Assembly (NCBI GenBank): GCA_035636095.1
Contig: DASPZU010000066.1
Span: 16,545-80,544 of the forward strand
DNA: 64,000 nt
From: Thermoanaerobaculia bacterium
GTDB lineage: Bacteria > Acidobacteriota > Thermoanaerobaculia > Gp7-AA8
Direction of reading: 5' to 3'
This document shows positions 43,599 to 54,870 of the stretch, piece by piece. Made by a program: the position numbers and the translations under genes. A model generated the notes under the pieces. It searched no databases, was not told the origin of the DNA, and saw nothing but the letters and a program-made list of their open reading frames with translations. Position 1 is the stretch's first letter. Every line of letters starts with the position of its first letter.

Positions 43599-46500
43599 TA
43601 GAAAATGTAGCGTGCTGCGAGCTGAACCTGACGTTCGGTGTTCAAGCGCGTGCCGGTGATCTTTCCGAAGTTCGAATCGCCGACGGTGTTGTTAGGCTGG
43701 TTGTACTGTGCCCAATTGAAGATATTGAAGCCTTCGATGCGCAGCTCGAGCGAGCCATAGCGCGGCAGGCCGAAGGTCTTGAAGAGCGAAAGGTCGATTG
43801 TTTTTGTACCTGGTCCGCGCACCGCGTTGCGCTTCTCGGTACCTTGCGCGCCGGCAGCAGGCTTGAACGCGTCGGTGTTGAACCACTTGGTGGTGTTCTC
43901 AGGACCGTTGTTCGGATTGCCGACCTGATCGGCGCGCTTTCCGCTCTGGTCGTAAACAGTGAATGGCGTGCCGGTCTGCAGCGTGAGAACAGTGTTCACG
44001 GCCCAACCGCCAACCAGGGTGTTGCCCTTGGCAAACGGCAGTTGGTAGGTCGCCGCCACCGTGAAGCGATGCCGTGCGTCGTAGTCGGCGTTCCCTTCGT
44101 CGAGACTCAAGTTGCAGTTCGTTGTGCCAGCCTTCACGCAACTCGAATCCGTGACTGAGCCGCCGCGCGAAGGATTGCCCGGGAAAAAGCCTGGACCTTC
44201 ATTGGTCGCATGGCCGAAGGTGTAAGACGCAAGATACGCCAGGCCGTTCGACTCTCTCCTGCGGAGCGACATCTGCAGTGCGTCGTACTTCGACGTGCCG
44301 ATGTACATGATGGATGTGAGCCGGTCGGCAACCGCGCCACCGAAACCGGCCGAGGTGATGGTGGTGCCGAGGTTGTCTCCGCGCGAGCCGACGTAGGCGA
44401 CCGTCGCCGAAGTGTTTGCGTCAATCTCACGCTGTGCGCCGAAGCTCCATTCCTTCACCTCGGGGACTTCCGAGTCGCGCGGAATGTAGACGACGCCCGA
44501 GCCGAGAGGAAGGTCCGGCTTGTTTGGATCGACTGCCCTAGGCAGCGGAATCGGGTCCGACAACTTGACGTTCGCTCCCGGATCATCGCCGAAGCGGAAG
44601 TCGGTGACGACCGCCGGCGGGTTCTCGGTGAGCTGGTTATCGATGCCGCCGCGATCGAGAGCGTAGAAGATGCCGAAGCCGCCGCGGACGACCGTTTTGT
44701 CATTGAGGATGTAAGCGAAGCCGAGGCGCGGACCAAAGTTGTTTCTGTCAGTCTTGATGGTGGCTCGCGGCGCACCGTTCTGATTCGGAAGGACGAGTTT
44801 CTGCGTCACCGGGTCGTAATTGGCCATCCGATTGTTTTTCTCGTAGTACGGAGTCAGCAGGTCATACCGCAGGCCCAGGTTGAGGGTTAGCTTCGGGTTC
44901 ACGTGCCAGTCGTCCTGCGCGAAGACCGCGTTCTCCCAACTGATGGTGTCGCGCGGAACGAAGCCCGGCACGCCGGTAGCCGTAAAGTTCGTTTTGGCGA
45001 TGAGCATGTCTGCTACTTCGTATCCGGTGTATCCCTGCTGGAAGCCGAAGCCATCGCGGTAGAAGTAGAACCCTTTGCCAAATCGGGAGCGCTCCTGAGC
45101 CATATCGCGCCGCAGGGCTGTGCCGCCGAACTTGAATGAATGGTTCCCGCGCAGCCACGACACGCCGTCGGAGAAAAAGAGCGTGCGCTGTTTGATGCGA
45201 TATTGACCGAAGTCGCCGAGGTATTCGATGTAGGTACCGTCGCCGCCGCCGATCAATGAAATGCCGTTGTTGGTGGTGATGCGGCCCGGGCCGGGGATGC
45301 CGAGGGCCTTGTTCTGATCGGTGCCGAAGCTGACCGGGAGGAACGCGAAGTGAAAGTTAGTCGAGCCGAAGCGGGCCTCGTTGACGAGGTTCGAGGAGAA
45401 GATATGCGTCTCTCCCGCCCGCGCCGTGTAGCCGTTGTTCTCGGAGCTGCCTGCGCCGAAGCCGGCCTGGAAGCCGGGGATGCGACCAGGATCGCTGAAC
45501 TTGTCTGCCCAGTGGCTGCCGCTGACGAAGAGCTGATCGCTCGATGCCATGTTCTGATCCACGCGAGCGTCGATGTCGTTATAAGTGCTCTTCTTTTGTC
45601 GATGCGTGAGGTAGTTGCGAATGACGCCAGCGCGCGTCGGCATTGGGTAGACGTTCAGATAAGCCTTGCCGACCGGATCGAGCATGTTCGCGGGAATGAT
45701 GTTGCCCGTGAATGGCTGTCCGGTCATGGGGTTGTAAATAATGACCTTCTGGGTGAGACCGCTGACCGAAGTATCGAGCAGCTCGGAAAAGTCGCCGTTG
45801 CGCATCTTCGCGGTCGGGACGGTCACGAAATTGCCCGCCTCGACCGGGATGGAGTTGCGGAGACCGTGGAAGCTTCCGAAGAAGAATGTCCGGTCTCTGA
45901 AAACCGGACCGCCGAGCGTCACTCCGAAATCGTTGTTCTTGAAGTCGGGCTTCTCCTTGGCGAATTTTGGCGTGGCGGCCAGGCTCTTCGGCCGGTAGAA
46001 GTCGTAGGCGCTGCCCGTGAACTGGTTCGTACCGCTCTTGATGACCAGGTTCTGGATTCCGCCCGCGGCACGGCCGAACTCGGCCGACGCATTGGTGGTG
46101 ATCACCGAAAACTCGCGGATGGCCTCGGGTGGTGGCAGATACGCGATGCTGTTGACCAACGACTCGTTGTTGTCGACGCCCTCGATCATGTAGTTGTTGA
46201 ATTGCTCGCGAACGCCGTTGACCGACAGCGCCGCGCCGCCGAATTCGGAGTAGCGGAAGGTCTCGGCGTCAGTTCCCGAGCCGCCGCCCGAAGAGTTGCT
46301 GCCCGGAATTCCGCGATTGACGCCCGGGGCGAGAGTTGCCAACTGCGTGAAGTTGCGTCCGTTGAGCGGGAGATTCTCGATTTGCTTTTGATCGATCAGG
46401 GTAGAAATTTCCGATGTGCTCTTTTCGATGAGCGGGGCTGCGGCCGTGACCGTCAGTGTCTCGGAGACTCCGCCGAGCTGCATCTTGAAATCGAGGCGCG

Positions 46501-46810
46501 CGACCTGATTGACGGTGAGCGTCAGGGGCGTCACTTCTGTCTTGAAGCCGCTGAGCTCCACCTGGACGCGATAGTTGCCGACAGGAAGAGCTGGGACGGA
46601 GTAAGCACCTTTGGTGTCGGTGACATCGACGCGCATCGCGTTCGTGCCGACGTTGGTCGTCGTCACCGTCGCGCCAGGCAAAGCGGCGCCGGTGTTATCG
46701 GTCACCAGGCCTTCAATGCGGGCGTTGGCCGTCTGCGCGAAGATGGGTACGGCAGCAAACAGCATCAGTGCGAGTGCGACAAGAGTTTTCGCTCGAAACG
46801 AACTCGTCAT
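43598..46810 (-). CDS. TonB-dependent receptor with N-terminal CarboxypepD_reg domain
   Basis: Signal peptide, 'ARIEGLVTDNTGAALPGATV..YSVPALPVGNYRVQVELSGFK', a plug region and a long barrel ending 'AARYIF'. ATG 46810 is preceded by GGAGGAAACA. Confidence 0.85.
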   Translation of the reverse strand: MTSSFRAKTLVALALMLFAAVPIFAQTANARIEGLVTDNTGAALPGATVTTTNVGTNAMRVDVTDTKGAYSVPALPVGNYRVQVELSGFKTEVTPLTLTVNQVARLDFKMQLGGVSETLTVTAAAPLIEKSTSEISTLIDQKQIENLPLNGRNFTQLATLAPGVNRGIPGSNSSGGGSGTDAETFRYSEFGGAALSVNGVREQFNNYMIEGVDNNESLVNSIAYLPPPEAIREFSVITTNASAEFGRAAGGIQNLVIKSGTNQFTGSAYDFYRPKSLAATPKFAKEKPDFKNNDFGVTLGGPVFRDRTFFFGSFHGLRNSIPVEAGNFVTVPTAKMRNGDFSELLDTSVSGLTQKVIIYNPMTGQPFTGNIIPANMLDPVGKAYLNVYPMPTRAGVIRNYLTHRQKKSTYNDIDARVDQNMASSDQLFVSGSHWADKFSDPGRIPGFQAGFGAGSSENNGYTARAGETHIFSSNLVNEARFGSTNFHFAFLPVSFGTDQNKALGIPGPGRITTNNGISLIGGGDGTYIEYLGDFGQYRIKQRTLFFSDGVSWLRGNHSFKFGGTALRRDMAQERSRFGKGFYFYRDGFGFQQGYTGYEVADMLIAKTNFTATGVPGFVPRDTISWENAVFAQDDWHVNPKLTLNLGLRYDLLTPYYEKNNRMANYDPVTQKLVLPNQNGAPRATIKTDRNNFGPRLGFAYILNDKTVVRGGFGIFYALDRGGIDNQLTENPPAVVTDFRFGDDPGANVKLSDPIPLPRAVDPNKPDLPLGSGVVYIPRDSEVPEVKEWSFGAQREIDANTSATVAYVGSRGDNLGTTITSAGFGGAVADRLTSIMYIGTSKYDALQMSLRRRESNGLAYLASYTFGHATNEGPGFFPGNPSRGGSVTDSSCVKAGTTNCNLSLDEGNADYDARHRFTVAATYQLPFAKGNTLVGGWAVNTVLTLQTGTPFTVYDQSGKRADQVGNPNNGPENTTKWFNTDAFKPAAGAQGTEKRNAVRGPGTKTIDLSLFKTFGLPRYGSLELRIEGFNIFNWAQYNQPNNTVGDSNFGKITGTRLNTERQVQLAARYIF

Positions 46811-46856
46811 TGTTTCCTCCGGATGTGTTTTTGGACTAAGCGCGCGAAGTATATCG

Positions 46857-48410
46857 CTATCGAATTCGCCAGGCACCGCTGCTGTGTGCGGGGAGCGAGA
46901 CGTTCGCTCCCACCATCGACACGCCGCTGTCCTCGATGATCGCCTCCGGGGTTCCGGTGACCGGCAACGTCAAGCTCGCCGATGCATTGCCGAGGTTGTG
47001 CGCCACCACAACGCGCTCGTCGCCGGAGTCGCGGATGAACGCGAGAATCTGTGCGCCGGAATCGAGCGGCGTGATGTCACCCTTCAAAAGCGCGTTCGAA
47101 CGCTTCCGGGCCGCGATCCAGTTTCGATAGTACGACAGCAGCGATTGCGGATCGCTGGTCTGAGAGGCAACATTGTTTACGGCCAGGCCCGGTGCGAACG
47201 CATGCCATGGCGTCGCTGTCGAGAATCCTCCCGACGACGTCCAGGGCATCGGCGTGCGTTTCCATTCATCCTCCGAGCCCGGACCGTTTTGCAGTCCGAC
47301 CTCTTCGCCGTAGTAAATGAACGGCGCACCGGGCAGCGTCAGAAGAATCGCGGCGGCGTTGCGCAACTTGCCGGCGTCGCTGCCGAGTTGTGTCGCGATT
47401 CGAATGTGATCGTGATTGGTAAGAAACGGCGCGTCGATCACGCCGGACGGATACGCGGCGATCATGTCGCGCAGCGTCGAGCGGATGCGATTCGCGTTGC
47501 CGCTGTTCACCCCTTCGATGATTGCCGATGCCAGAGGAAAGTTGAAGTTGGACAGGCCATCGCCGAAATACGTCGCGAGTTTTTGCGTGTCGACCGTGTT
47601 CTCGGCCACCAGGAACGCCTCCGGCTTCGTTCTCTGTACGTCGGATGCGAAGTCTTTGAGGATCTGATGCGTCTCCGGAGTGTCGGCCTGTCCCGCGCCC
47701 GGTCCCGTTTCGACGAGATAGCGTGTCGCGTCGAGGCGAAAACCGTCGACGCCCTGAGATAGCCATAACCTCCCCAGCCGAAACATCTCGGTTTTGACTT
47801 CCGGCGCGCGGTAGTTGAGGTCGGGCATGCCGCTCCAGAACAGGGCGTAGTAGTACGCGCCGTTTTTGAGATACCAGGTCGGATAATTTCCGCCCCACGG
47901 CTGCGTCCAGCCGGGATTGGTCGCGTTCCACACGTACCAGTTGCGCTTGGGCGATGCCGTGGACGAGGCCGAATCGAGAAACCACGGATGCTCCGAGCTG
48001 GTATGGTTCATCACGAAATCGACGATGACGCGGATCCCGCGCTTGTGCGCTTCTTCGAGAAAGCGTTGGAAATCGGCATTGGTGCCGTAATCGCGTTCGA
48101 TGGTTTCGTAGTCGGTAGTGTCATAGCCGTGATAGCTCGGCGATTCGAAGATCGGCATGAGCCAGATGGCGTTGATACCGAGGTTGTTCACGTAATCGAG
48201 TTTTGAAGCGAGGCCGTTGAAGTCGCCGATGCCGTCGCCGTTCGAGTCGTAAAAGCTGCGGACAAAGATTTCGTAGAAGACGTCGCCGCGCGCCCATTCA
48301 GCATTCGCTACCGGACGGACGGCGCGATGACGAACAGGATCCGCCGTTGTGCTGCTGCAGGCGAGAACGGGAAGGAGGATCGCCGCCAGCGCAGCGCGGA
48401 CAAGTCGCAT
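46857..48410 (-). CDS. glycoside hydrolase family 13 (alpha-amylase family) lipoprotein
   Basis: Lipobox 'LLPVLAC', 'FYEIFVRSFYDSNGDGIGDFNGL', 'NAIWLMPIFESPSYHGYD', 'GVDGFRLDA' and 'FLTNHD'. The ORF-track extension to 49229 is rejected. Confidence 0.85.
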   Translation of the reverse strand: MRLVRAALAAILLPVLACSSTTADPVRHRAVRPVANAEWARGDVFYEIFVRSFYDSNGDGIGDFNGLASKLDYVNNLGINAIWLMPIFESPSYHGYDTTDYETIERDYGTNADFQRFLEEAHKRGIRVIVDFVMNHTSSEHPWFLDSASSTASPKRNWYVWNATNPGWTQPWGGNYPTWYLKNGAYYYALFWSGMPDLNYRAPEVKTEMFRLGRLWLSQGVDGFRLDATRYLVETGPGAGQADTPETHQILKDFASDVQRTKPEAFLVAENTVDTQKLATYFGDGLSNFNFPLASAIIEGVNSGNANRIRSTLRDMIAAYPSGVIDAPFLTNHDHIRIATQLGSDAGKLRNAAAILLTLPGAPFIYYGEEVGLQNGPGSEDEWKRTPMPWTSSGGFSTATPWHAFAPGLAVNNVASQTSDPQSLLSYYRNWIAARKRSNALLKGDITPLDSGAQILAFIRDSGDERVVVAHNLGNASASLTLPVTGTPEAIIEDSGVSMVGANVSLPAHSSGAWRIR

Positions 48411-48434
48411 AAGGCGGTATTGTAGGCTCTGGTC

Positions 48435-50438
48435 ATGCGGAACGTTTTCGCGGTCGCTTTCATCCTGGTTTCGGTCGCGGCACATGCTCAGGACCGCGTT
48501 GAAAAACTCCTCGCGCGAATGACGCTCGAGGAAAAGCTCGGGCAACTGACGCAGCTCGTTACCGGTCAACCGGAGCTCGCGCCGGCGCTCGACAAGGGAC
48601 TGGTCGGCTCGATTCTGAATTCCGGCGGCGTGGAAGAGATCAATCAGATGCAGCGTCGTCTGAAAATTCCGCTGCTGGTCGGTTACGACGTGATTCATGG
48701 CTATCGCACCATCTTTCCGATCCCGCTCGCGATGGCCTCGTCGTGGGATCCGCAGCTGGCGGAGCTTTCGGCGGGCGTGGCCGCCAGGGAGGCACGGTCG
48801 GCGGGAATTCGCTGGACGTTCGCGCCGATGGTCGACATCGCGCGCGACGCGCGCTGGGGAAGAATCGCCGAGGGGGCGGGGGAGGATCCGGTCCTCGGAT
48901 CGGCGATGGCGGCCGCGTACGTGCGCGGTTTTCAGAACAACGGCCTTCTTGCCTGCGCAAAACACTACGCCGCCTACGGCGCAGCGGAAGCAGGTCGCGA
49001 CTACAACGCGGCCGAAATGTCGGAAGGAACTCTTCGCGAGGTTTACCTTCCGCCGTTTCGAGCCGCGGTCGATGCCGGCGTCGCGACGCTGATGTCGGCG
49101 TTCGAGAGCGTCAACGGAGTTCCCGCAACCGCGAATCGCCGCCTTCTCACCGACATCCTCCGCACCGAGTGGAAGTTCAAAGGATTCGTGGTCAGCGATT
49201 GGGAGGCCGTGGCTGAATTGATCGACCATGGCGTCGCATCTTCAAAAGAAGAGGCGGCCAGAAAAGCGATCACCGCCGGCGTCGAGATGGACATGCGGGA
49301 CAACAACTACTCGACGCTAGTCGCTGCAGTCCGCCAGGGCAGACTGTCGCGTGCGATTGTCGATCGCGCTGTTAGGCGCGTCCTGCGGATTAAAGATCAA
49401 GCCGGGCTGCTCGACAATCCATTGACAAGCGCCGCCGGCGACGTTCCGCTCGATCGCGATGCCGCCCGCCGCGTCGCGCAACAGTCGATCGTTTTGCTCA
49501 AGAACGAAAATGATCTCCTTCCGCTTCCGAAAACTGGACGCAAGATCGCGGTTGTCGGGCCTCTCGCGGATTCGAAAAAAGACATGCTCGGCCCGTGGTC
49601 GGCAAAGGGCAAGGCGGAGGAATGCGTCACCCTTCGTGACGTCATTCAAGACAGCGTCGCCGTCGGGGATGCCGATGTCATCATCGCGGTCCTGGGCGAG
49701 ACTCGCGAGATGTCGGGAGAAGCGGCATCGCGCGCGTCGATCGATCTTCCTGGCGATCAGGAGAAACTCCTCCAATCGCTGGTTGCGACGGGGAAGCCGG
49801 TTGTCCTCATCGTGATGTCGGGTCGCCCGCTCGCGATTTCATGGGCAGCCGAACACGTCCCCGCCATCGTCCAGGCCTGGTTCCTAGGCACCGAAAGCGG
49901 GCACGCCCTCGCGGATGTGCTTTTTGGCGATGTCAATCCGAGCGGCAAGCTGCCCGTGACGATTCCGCGCGCGACGGGACAGGTTCCGATCTACTACAAC
50001 CACTTACCGACCGGACGCCCGCCCGATCCGAAGAACAAATACACCAGCAAATATCTCGACACGGAAATAGGTCCGCTGTATCCCTTCGGCTTCGGCCTGA
50101 CGTATACGAAGTTCGAGTACAGCGACCTCAAAGTCACTTCGCGCGCCGCTTCGGCAACCGTTCGAAACGTCGGCAATCGCGCCGGAGACGAGATCGTGCA
50201 GATGTACATCCGCGATCCTGTCGCCAGTGTCTCGAGGGCTGTCAAAGAGCTGAAGGGATTTCAGCGCGTGGCATTAGGACCTGGCGAGAGCAAACACATC
50301 GAGTTCACCATCACGCGCCGCGAATTGCAGTTCTGGTCCAACGGACGTTGGGTGACCGAACCTGGGGAGTTCAAAGTATGGATCGGTCCGAATTCCGCGA
50401 CGGGACTCGAGGGAAACTTCGTCATCGCAATTCCCTGA
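48435..50438 (+). CDS. bglX: glycoside hydrolase family 3 beta-glucosidase (BglX-like)
   Basis: Collinear with E. coli BglX as I remember it: 'EEKLGQL', 'KHYAAYGAAEAGRDYN', 'GFVVSDW', 'NPSGKLPVT', 'YPFGFGLTYT'. Confidence 0.8.
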   Translation: MRNVFAVAFILVSVAAHAQDRVEKLLARMTLEEKLGQLTQLVTGQPELAPALDKGLVGSILNSGGVEEINQMQRRLKIPLLVGYDVIHGYRTIFPIPLAMASSWDPQLAELSAGVAAREARSAGIRWTFAPMVDIARDARWGRIAEGAGEDPVLGSAMAAAYVRGFQNNGLLACAKHYAAYGAAEAGRDYNAAEMSEGTLREVYLPPFRAAVDAGVATLMSAFESVNGVPATANRRLLTDILRTEWKFKGFVVSDWEAVAELIDHGVASSKEEAARKAITAGVEMDMRDNNYSTLVAAVRQGRLSRAIVDRAVRRVLRIKDQAGLLDNPLTSAAGDVPLDRDAARRVAQQSIVLLKNENDLLPLPKTGRKIAVVGPLADSKKDMLGPWSAKGKAEECVTLRDVIQDSVAVGDADVIIAVLGETREMSGEAASRASIDLPGDQEKLLQSLVATGKPVVLIVMSGRPLAISWAAEHVPAIVQAWFLGTESGHALADVLFGDVNPSGKLPVTIPRATGQVPIYYNHLPTGRPPDPKNKYTSKYLDTEIGPLYPFGFGLTYTKFEYSDLKVTSRAASATVRNVGNRAGDEIVQMYIRDPVASVSRAVKELKGFQRVALGPGESKHIEFTITRRELQFWSNGRWVTEPGEFKVWIGPNSATGLEGNFVIAIP

Positions 50439-51528
50439 ACAGCGTGGTCAGCAAAATCTCATCCGGATCCTCGCTCTGCTCCCAATACATCACGCCGCCG
50501 AGTTTGTACTGCTTCACGAAGCTCGCCTTCTCGCGCAACGACTCCGGATCTTCGTAGGTGATGAAGACCCCTGAAGCGGCGCTCCACAGAAACGGCGCCC
50601 GCGCCGCCTGGTCCCAATGGCGTTTGAAGCCGTTGCGATCGATGTAGTCGCGCACCAGCACCGAATAAGGGAGCCCGCCCACATACGCTTCCACCGGTTG
50701 ATGCAATCCGTTGTTGGCCGGACTCACCCCGCACCACTGGCGGCCGTACAGCGGCACGCCTAACACGAGCTTTCGAGACGGGATGCCGGCGGCGAGGTGC
50801 TGCTTGACGAATCCTTCCGCTGAGGGATACGGAGTCATACCGAACAGGCCGGCGTGATGCGCGGTGGTCTTCGACCACACGCCGGCGAGGTCGTAGGCCA
50901 TGATGTTGATCCAGTCGACATACGGATGCAGACGCTCCATCTCCGTGTGTTGGAAATAGACGCCGCCCGCGGTTGCGATCGAGAGCGTGTAGCGATCTTG
51001 GCCGGTGCGCCTGCGTTCATCGCTCAACGCGTCGAGTTGTTCGCGGAGCGTCTTCAGCAGCGCTGTGAAGTTCTCTTTGTCCTCCTCGAGGTACATGATG
51101 CCCGGTCCGGGCTGGCCGGGATATTCCCAGTCGAGATCGAGGCCGTCGAGGGCATAGCGCTTGATCAAAGCGATCGCACCGGCGGCGAACTTTCTGCGCG
51201 TGGTCTCATTGAAGGCCGCCAGCGAAAAGTTGTCGGCCCCCCATCCGCCGATGGACAGAATCACTTTCAGCTTTGGATTCTTTGCCTTCAATGCCTGCAA
51301 TTGGCTGAAGTGCGCGGGCGCGCTGCGCTCGTCGATGATGAGGTCGCCGCCCTCGCTCACTTTGCCGAAGGCGTAGTTGATGTGCGTCAACTTCTCCGCG
51401 CTGATGCGATACATGTCGGCGCGGCGATGGACGTACGCGATGATGCGATACCGCGGCTCGGGCGGTGTCAGCTGAATGCTGCAGGCGCTCAGAAGGCAGC
51501 CGATGACCGTCGCAGTGATTCGCCTCAT
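50422..51528 (-). CDS. glycoside hydrolase family 18 (chitinase-like) lipoprotein
   Basis: Lipobox 'IGCLLSAC' and catalytic motif 'LDGLDLDWEYPG' (DxxDxDxE). ATG 51528 is chosen; ATG 51558 is possible. Confidence 0.8.
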   Translation of the reverse strand: MRRITATVIGCLLSACSIQLTPPEPRYRIIAYVHRRADMYRISAEKLTHINYAFGKVSEGGDLIIDERSAPAHFSQLQALKAKNPKLKVILSIGGWGADNFSLAAFNETTRRKFAAGAIALIKRYALDGLDLDWEYPGQPGPGIMYLEEDKENFTALLKTLREQLDALSDERRRTGQDRYTLSIATAGGVYFQHTEMERLHPYVDWINIMAYDLAGVWSKTTAHHAGLFGMTPYPSAEGFVKQHLAAGIPSRKLVLGVPLYGRQWCGVSPANNGLHQPVEAYVGGLPYSVLVRDYIDRNGFKRHWDQAARAPFLWSAASGVFITYEDPESLREKASFVKQYKLGGVMYWEQSEDPDEILLTTLFRELR

Positions 51529-51556
51529 GCGGGTAGGAAATGATACAAAACGCCGC

Positions 51557-52588
51557 ATGAAGAGACTTTGTGTTATCGGGCTGCTTGCACTGTCATGCGT
51601 GAAAGCGCCGGAACAGACATCGACCGCCGGCGGTACGACCGCTGCGCCGCACGGAGGACCGGTTCGCATCGGCTTCTCGATGGACACCCTCAAAGAAGAG
51701 CGGTGGCAGCGCGACAAGCGGCTGGTCGAACAGCGCGCCAAAGAAGTGGGGGCCGCGCTCGACGTTCAGGTTGCGAACGGTGACGATGCCGTGCAGACCA
51801 AACAGGCAGACAACATGTTGACCAAAGGCGTCGACGTCCTCATCGTGGCGCCGCATAACGGCGAGATCGCGGCCTCGATCGTCGAAGCGGCGCACCGCAA
51901 AGGCGTGCCGGTCATCGCCTACGACCGCCTGATCCGCGATTCCGATGTCGATCTCTATCTTTCGCATCAGGTGGAAAAGATCGGCGAGATGCAGGCGGAA
52001 TATGCTCAGAAGCACGTCCCCAAAGGAAACTACGTCCTGATCGGCGGCTCGCCCACGGACTACAACGCACTGCTGCTCCGCAAAGGACAGATGAACGTGC
52101 TCAAGCCGGCCATCGATCGCCATGACATCAAAGTGATCTCAGAACAGTTCGCGCGCGAGTGGAAAGCCGAAGAGGCGCTGCGCATCACCGAAGATGCCCT
52201 GACCAGGACCGGAAACAAGATTCAGGCGATCGTGGCATCGAATGATGGCACCGCCGGCGGCGCAATCTCGGCGCTCGAGGCAGCCGGACTGGCCGGAAAA
52301 GTCCTGGTGACCGGGCAGGACGCGCAGAAGGACGCTGTGCAGCGCATCGTCAAAGGCACGCAGACCATGACGATCTACAAGCCCATTCAGCCGCTGGCAT
52401 TCGGAGCGGTCGATGCGGCCATCAGGCTCGCGAAGAAGCAGCCGGTGGAGACCAAGGACAAGATCAACAACGGCAAAAAAGACGTTCCGGCGATCCTGAT
52501 CGAGGCCATCGCGGTCGACAAGAGCAACGTCGATGCAACCGTCATCAAAGACGGCTACTTCACGCACGCCGAAATCTACGGTCAGTAA
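51557..52588 (+). CDS. xylF: D-xylose ABC transporter substrate-binding protein
   Basis: Collinear with E. coli XylF as I remember it: 'ERWQRD', 'GVDVLIV.P.NG', 'VIAYDRLI', 'VASNDGTAGGAI.AL', 'GQDA', 'GTQTMT.YKPI', 'TVIKDG'. Confidence 0.85.
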   Translation: MKRLCVIGLLALSCVKAPEQTSTAGGTTAAPHGGPVRIGFSMDTLKEERWQRDKRLVEQRAKEVGAALDVQVANGDDAVQTKQADNMLTKGVDVLIVAPHNGEIAASIVEAAHRKGVPVIAYDRLIRDSDVDLYLSHQVEKIGEMQAEYAQKHVPKGNYVLIGGSPTDYNALLLRKGQMNVLKPAIDRHDIKVISEQFAREWKAEEALRITEDALTRTGNKIQAIVASNDGTAGGAISALEAAGLAGKVLVTGQDAQKDAVQRIVKGTQTMTIYKPIQPLAFGAVDAAIRLAKKQPVETKDKINNGKKDVPAILIEAIAVDKSNVDATVIKDGYFTHAEIYGQ

Positions 52589-52592
52589 AGAC

Positions 52593-52684
52593 GGTGCCGC
52601 GCCTACAGTTGGCTGTTTTTTCTCCCGCTCGTGGAAATTGGACTACGTCTGGTAGAAAAAACAGCCAACTGTAGGCGCGGCACC
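52593..52684. repeat. 92-bp foldback element (31-bp perfect inverted repeat, 30-nt loop)
   Basis: GGTGCCGCGCCTACAGTTGGCTGTTTTTTCT (52593-52623) is the exact reverse complement of 52654-52684. Confidence 0.85.
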
Positions 52685-52690
52685 AAGCCA

Positions 52691-53311
52691 CTACGGCATC
52701 GTCGCTACTTTGCTCCCCGAGACCGGCACCATCAGGTGCGCATAGGGCGTGCCCTTCCACATGACCCACGGTCCGCCGCTCTTCGGATCGGTGGGAAATG
52801 CGTCGAGCATCTTCAGATCCTGATAGAGGACCATGATGTGCGGGGGCGAAACGACCCAGTTGTTGTCTTTGGTCGGACCAGTCGCGAATGGATCGGTGTT
52901 GCTGGCGCCCTTGTCGCCCTTCAGCATGTAGGCGATGCCGGTCGCGCCGACGGATGGCGTTGCTTTCTTCATCCAGGCATCCGCCCAGCCCTGCCATTCC
53001 TTGTCGAGGCACATCGGATCTTCGACGGAAGCCATTCCGAACTCGCCAGGTGAGTTAGGAAAGCACACCCAACCGTTCTTGCCGGCGCGGAGCTGACGCG
53101 GCTTGCCGTCAGGCGTCGCTGGCCAGTCCATGATGGTCGCATCTTTCGAAATCGCCGCCGGCGCGGCTTTCATCGCGTCGGCGATCTTTTCGGAGTCGCT
53201 CATTTTTTTCGCGGGTGCTTTTGCGGCGGAAGAATGCGCATGTTGTGAAAACAGAATTGTCGGAACGAAGAGGAGAGCTGCCGCGAAAAGGACGATTCCA
53301 CGACGGTTCAT
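52691..53311 (-). CDS. hypothetical secreted protein (inserted between xylF and xylG)
   Basis: Signal peptide 'MNRRGIVLFAAALLFVPTILFSQHA'; 206 aa; no motif recognised. Confidence 0.6.
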   Translation of the reverse strand: MNRRGIVLFAAALLFVPTILFSQHAHSSAAKAPAKKMSDSEKIADAMKAAPAAISKDATIMDWPATPDGKPRQLRAGKNGWVCFPNSPGEFGMASVEDPMCLDKEWQGWADAWMKKATPSVGATGIAYMLKGDKGASNTDPFATGPTKDNNWVVSPPHIMVLYQDLKMLDAFPTDPKSGGPWVMWKGTPYAHLMVPVSGSKVATMP

Positions 53312-53349
53312 TGGACGACCTCCTGTGCCATGTACTATATCCCACCGAG

Positions 53350-54866
<1,517 letters not shown>

Positions 54867-54870
<4 letters not shown>

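Noticed and set aside
45350-47762. 529-aa and 383-aa plus-strand ORFs over the TonB receptor and GH13 genes
   Set aside because: They are shadow ORFs. The minus strand encodes well-supported proteins across the same span.
48411-49229. 273-codon upstream extension of the GH13 ORF
   Set aside because: It overlaps the GH3 gene on the opposite strand. ATG 48410 gives a lipoprotein signal peptide.
52593-52684. Reading the 31-bp perfect inverted repeat as a simple rho-independent terminator
   Set aside because: No U-tract follows the stem on either strand, and the stem is far longer than typical terminators. It is kept as a foldback or repeat element of unknown role.
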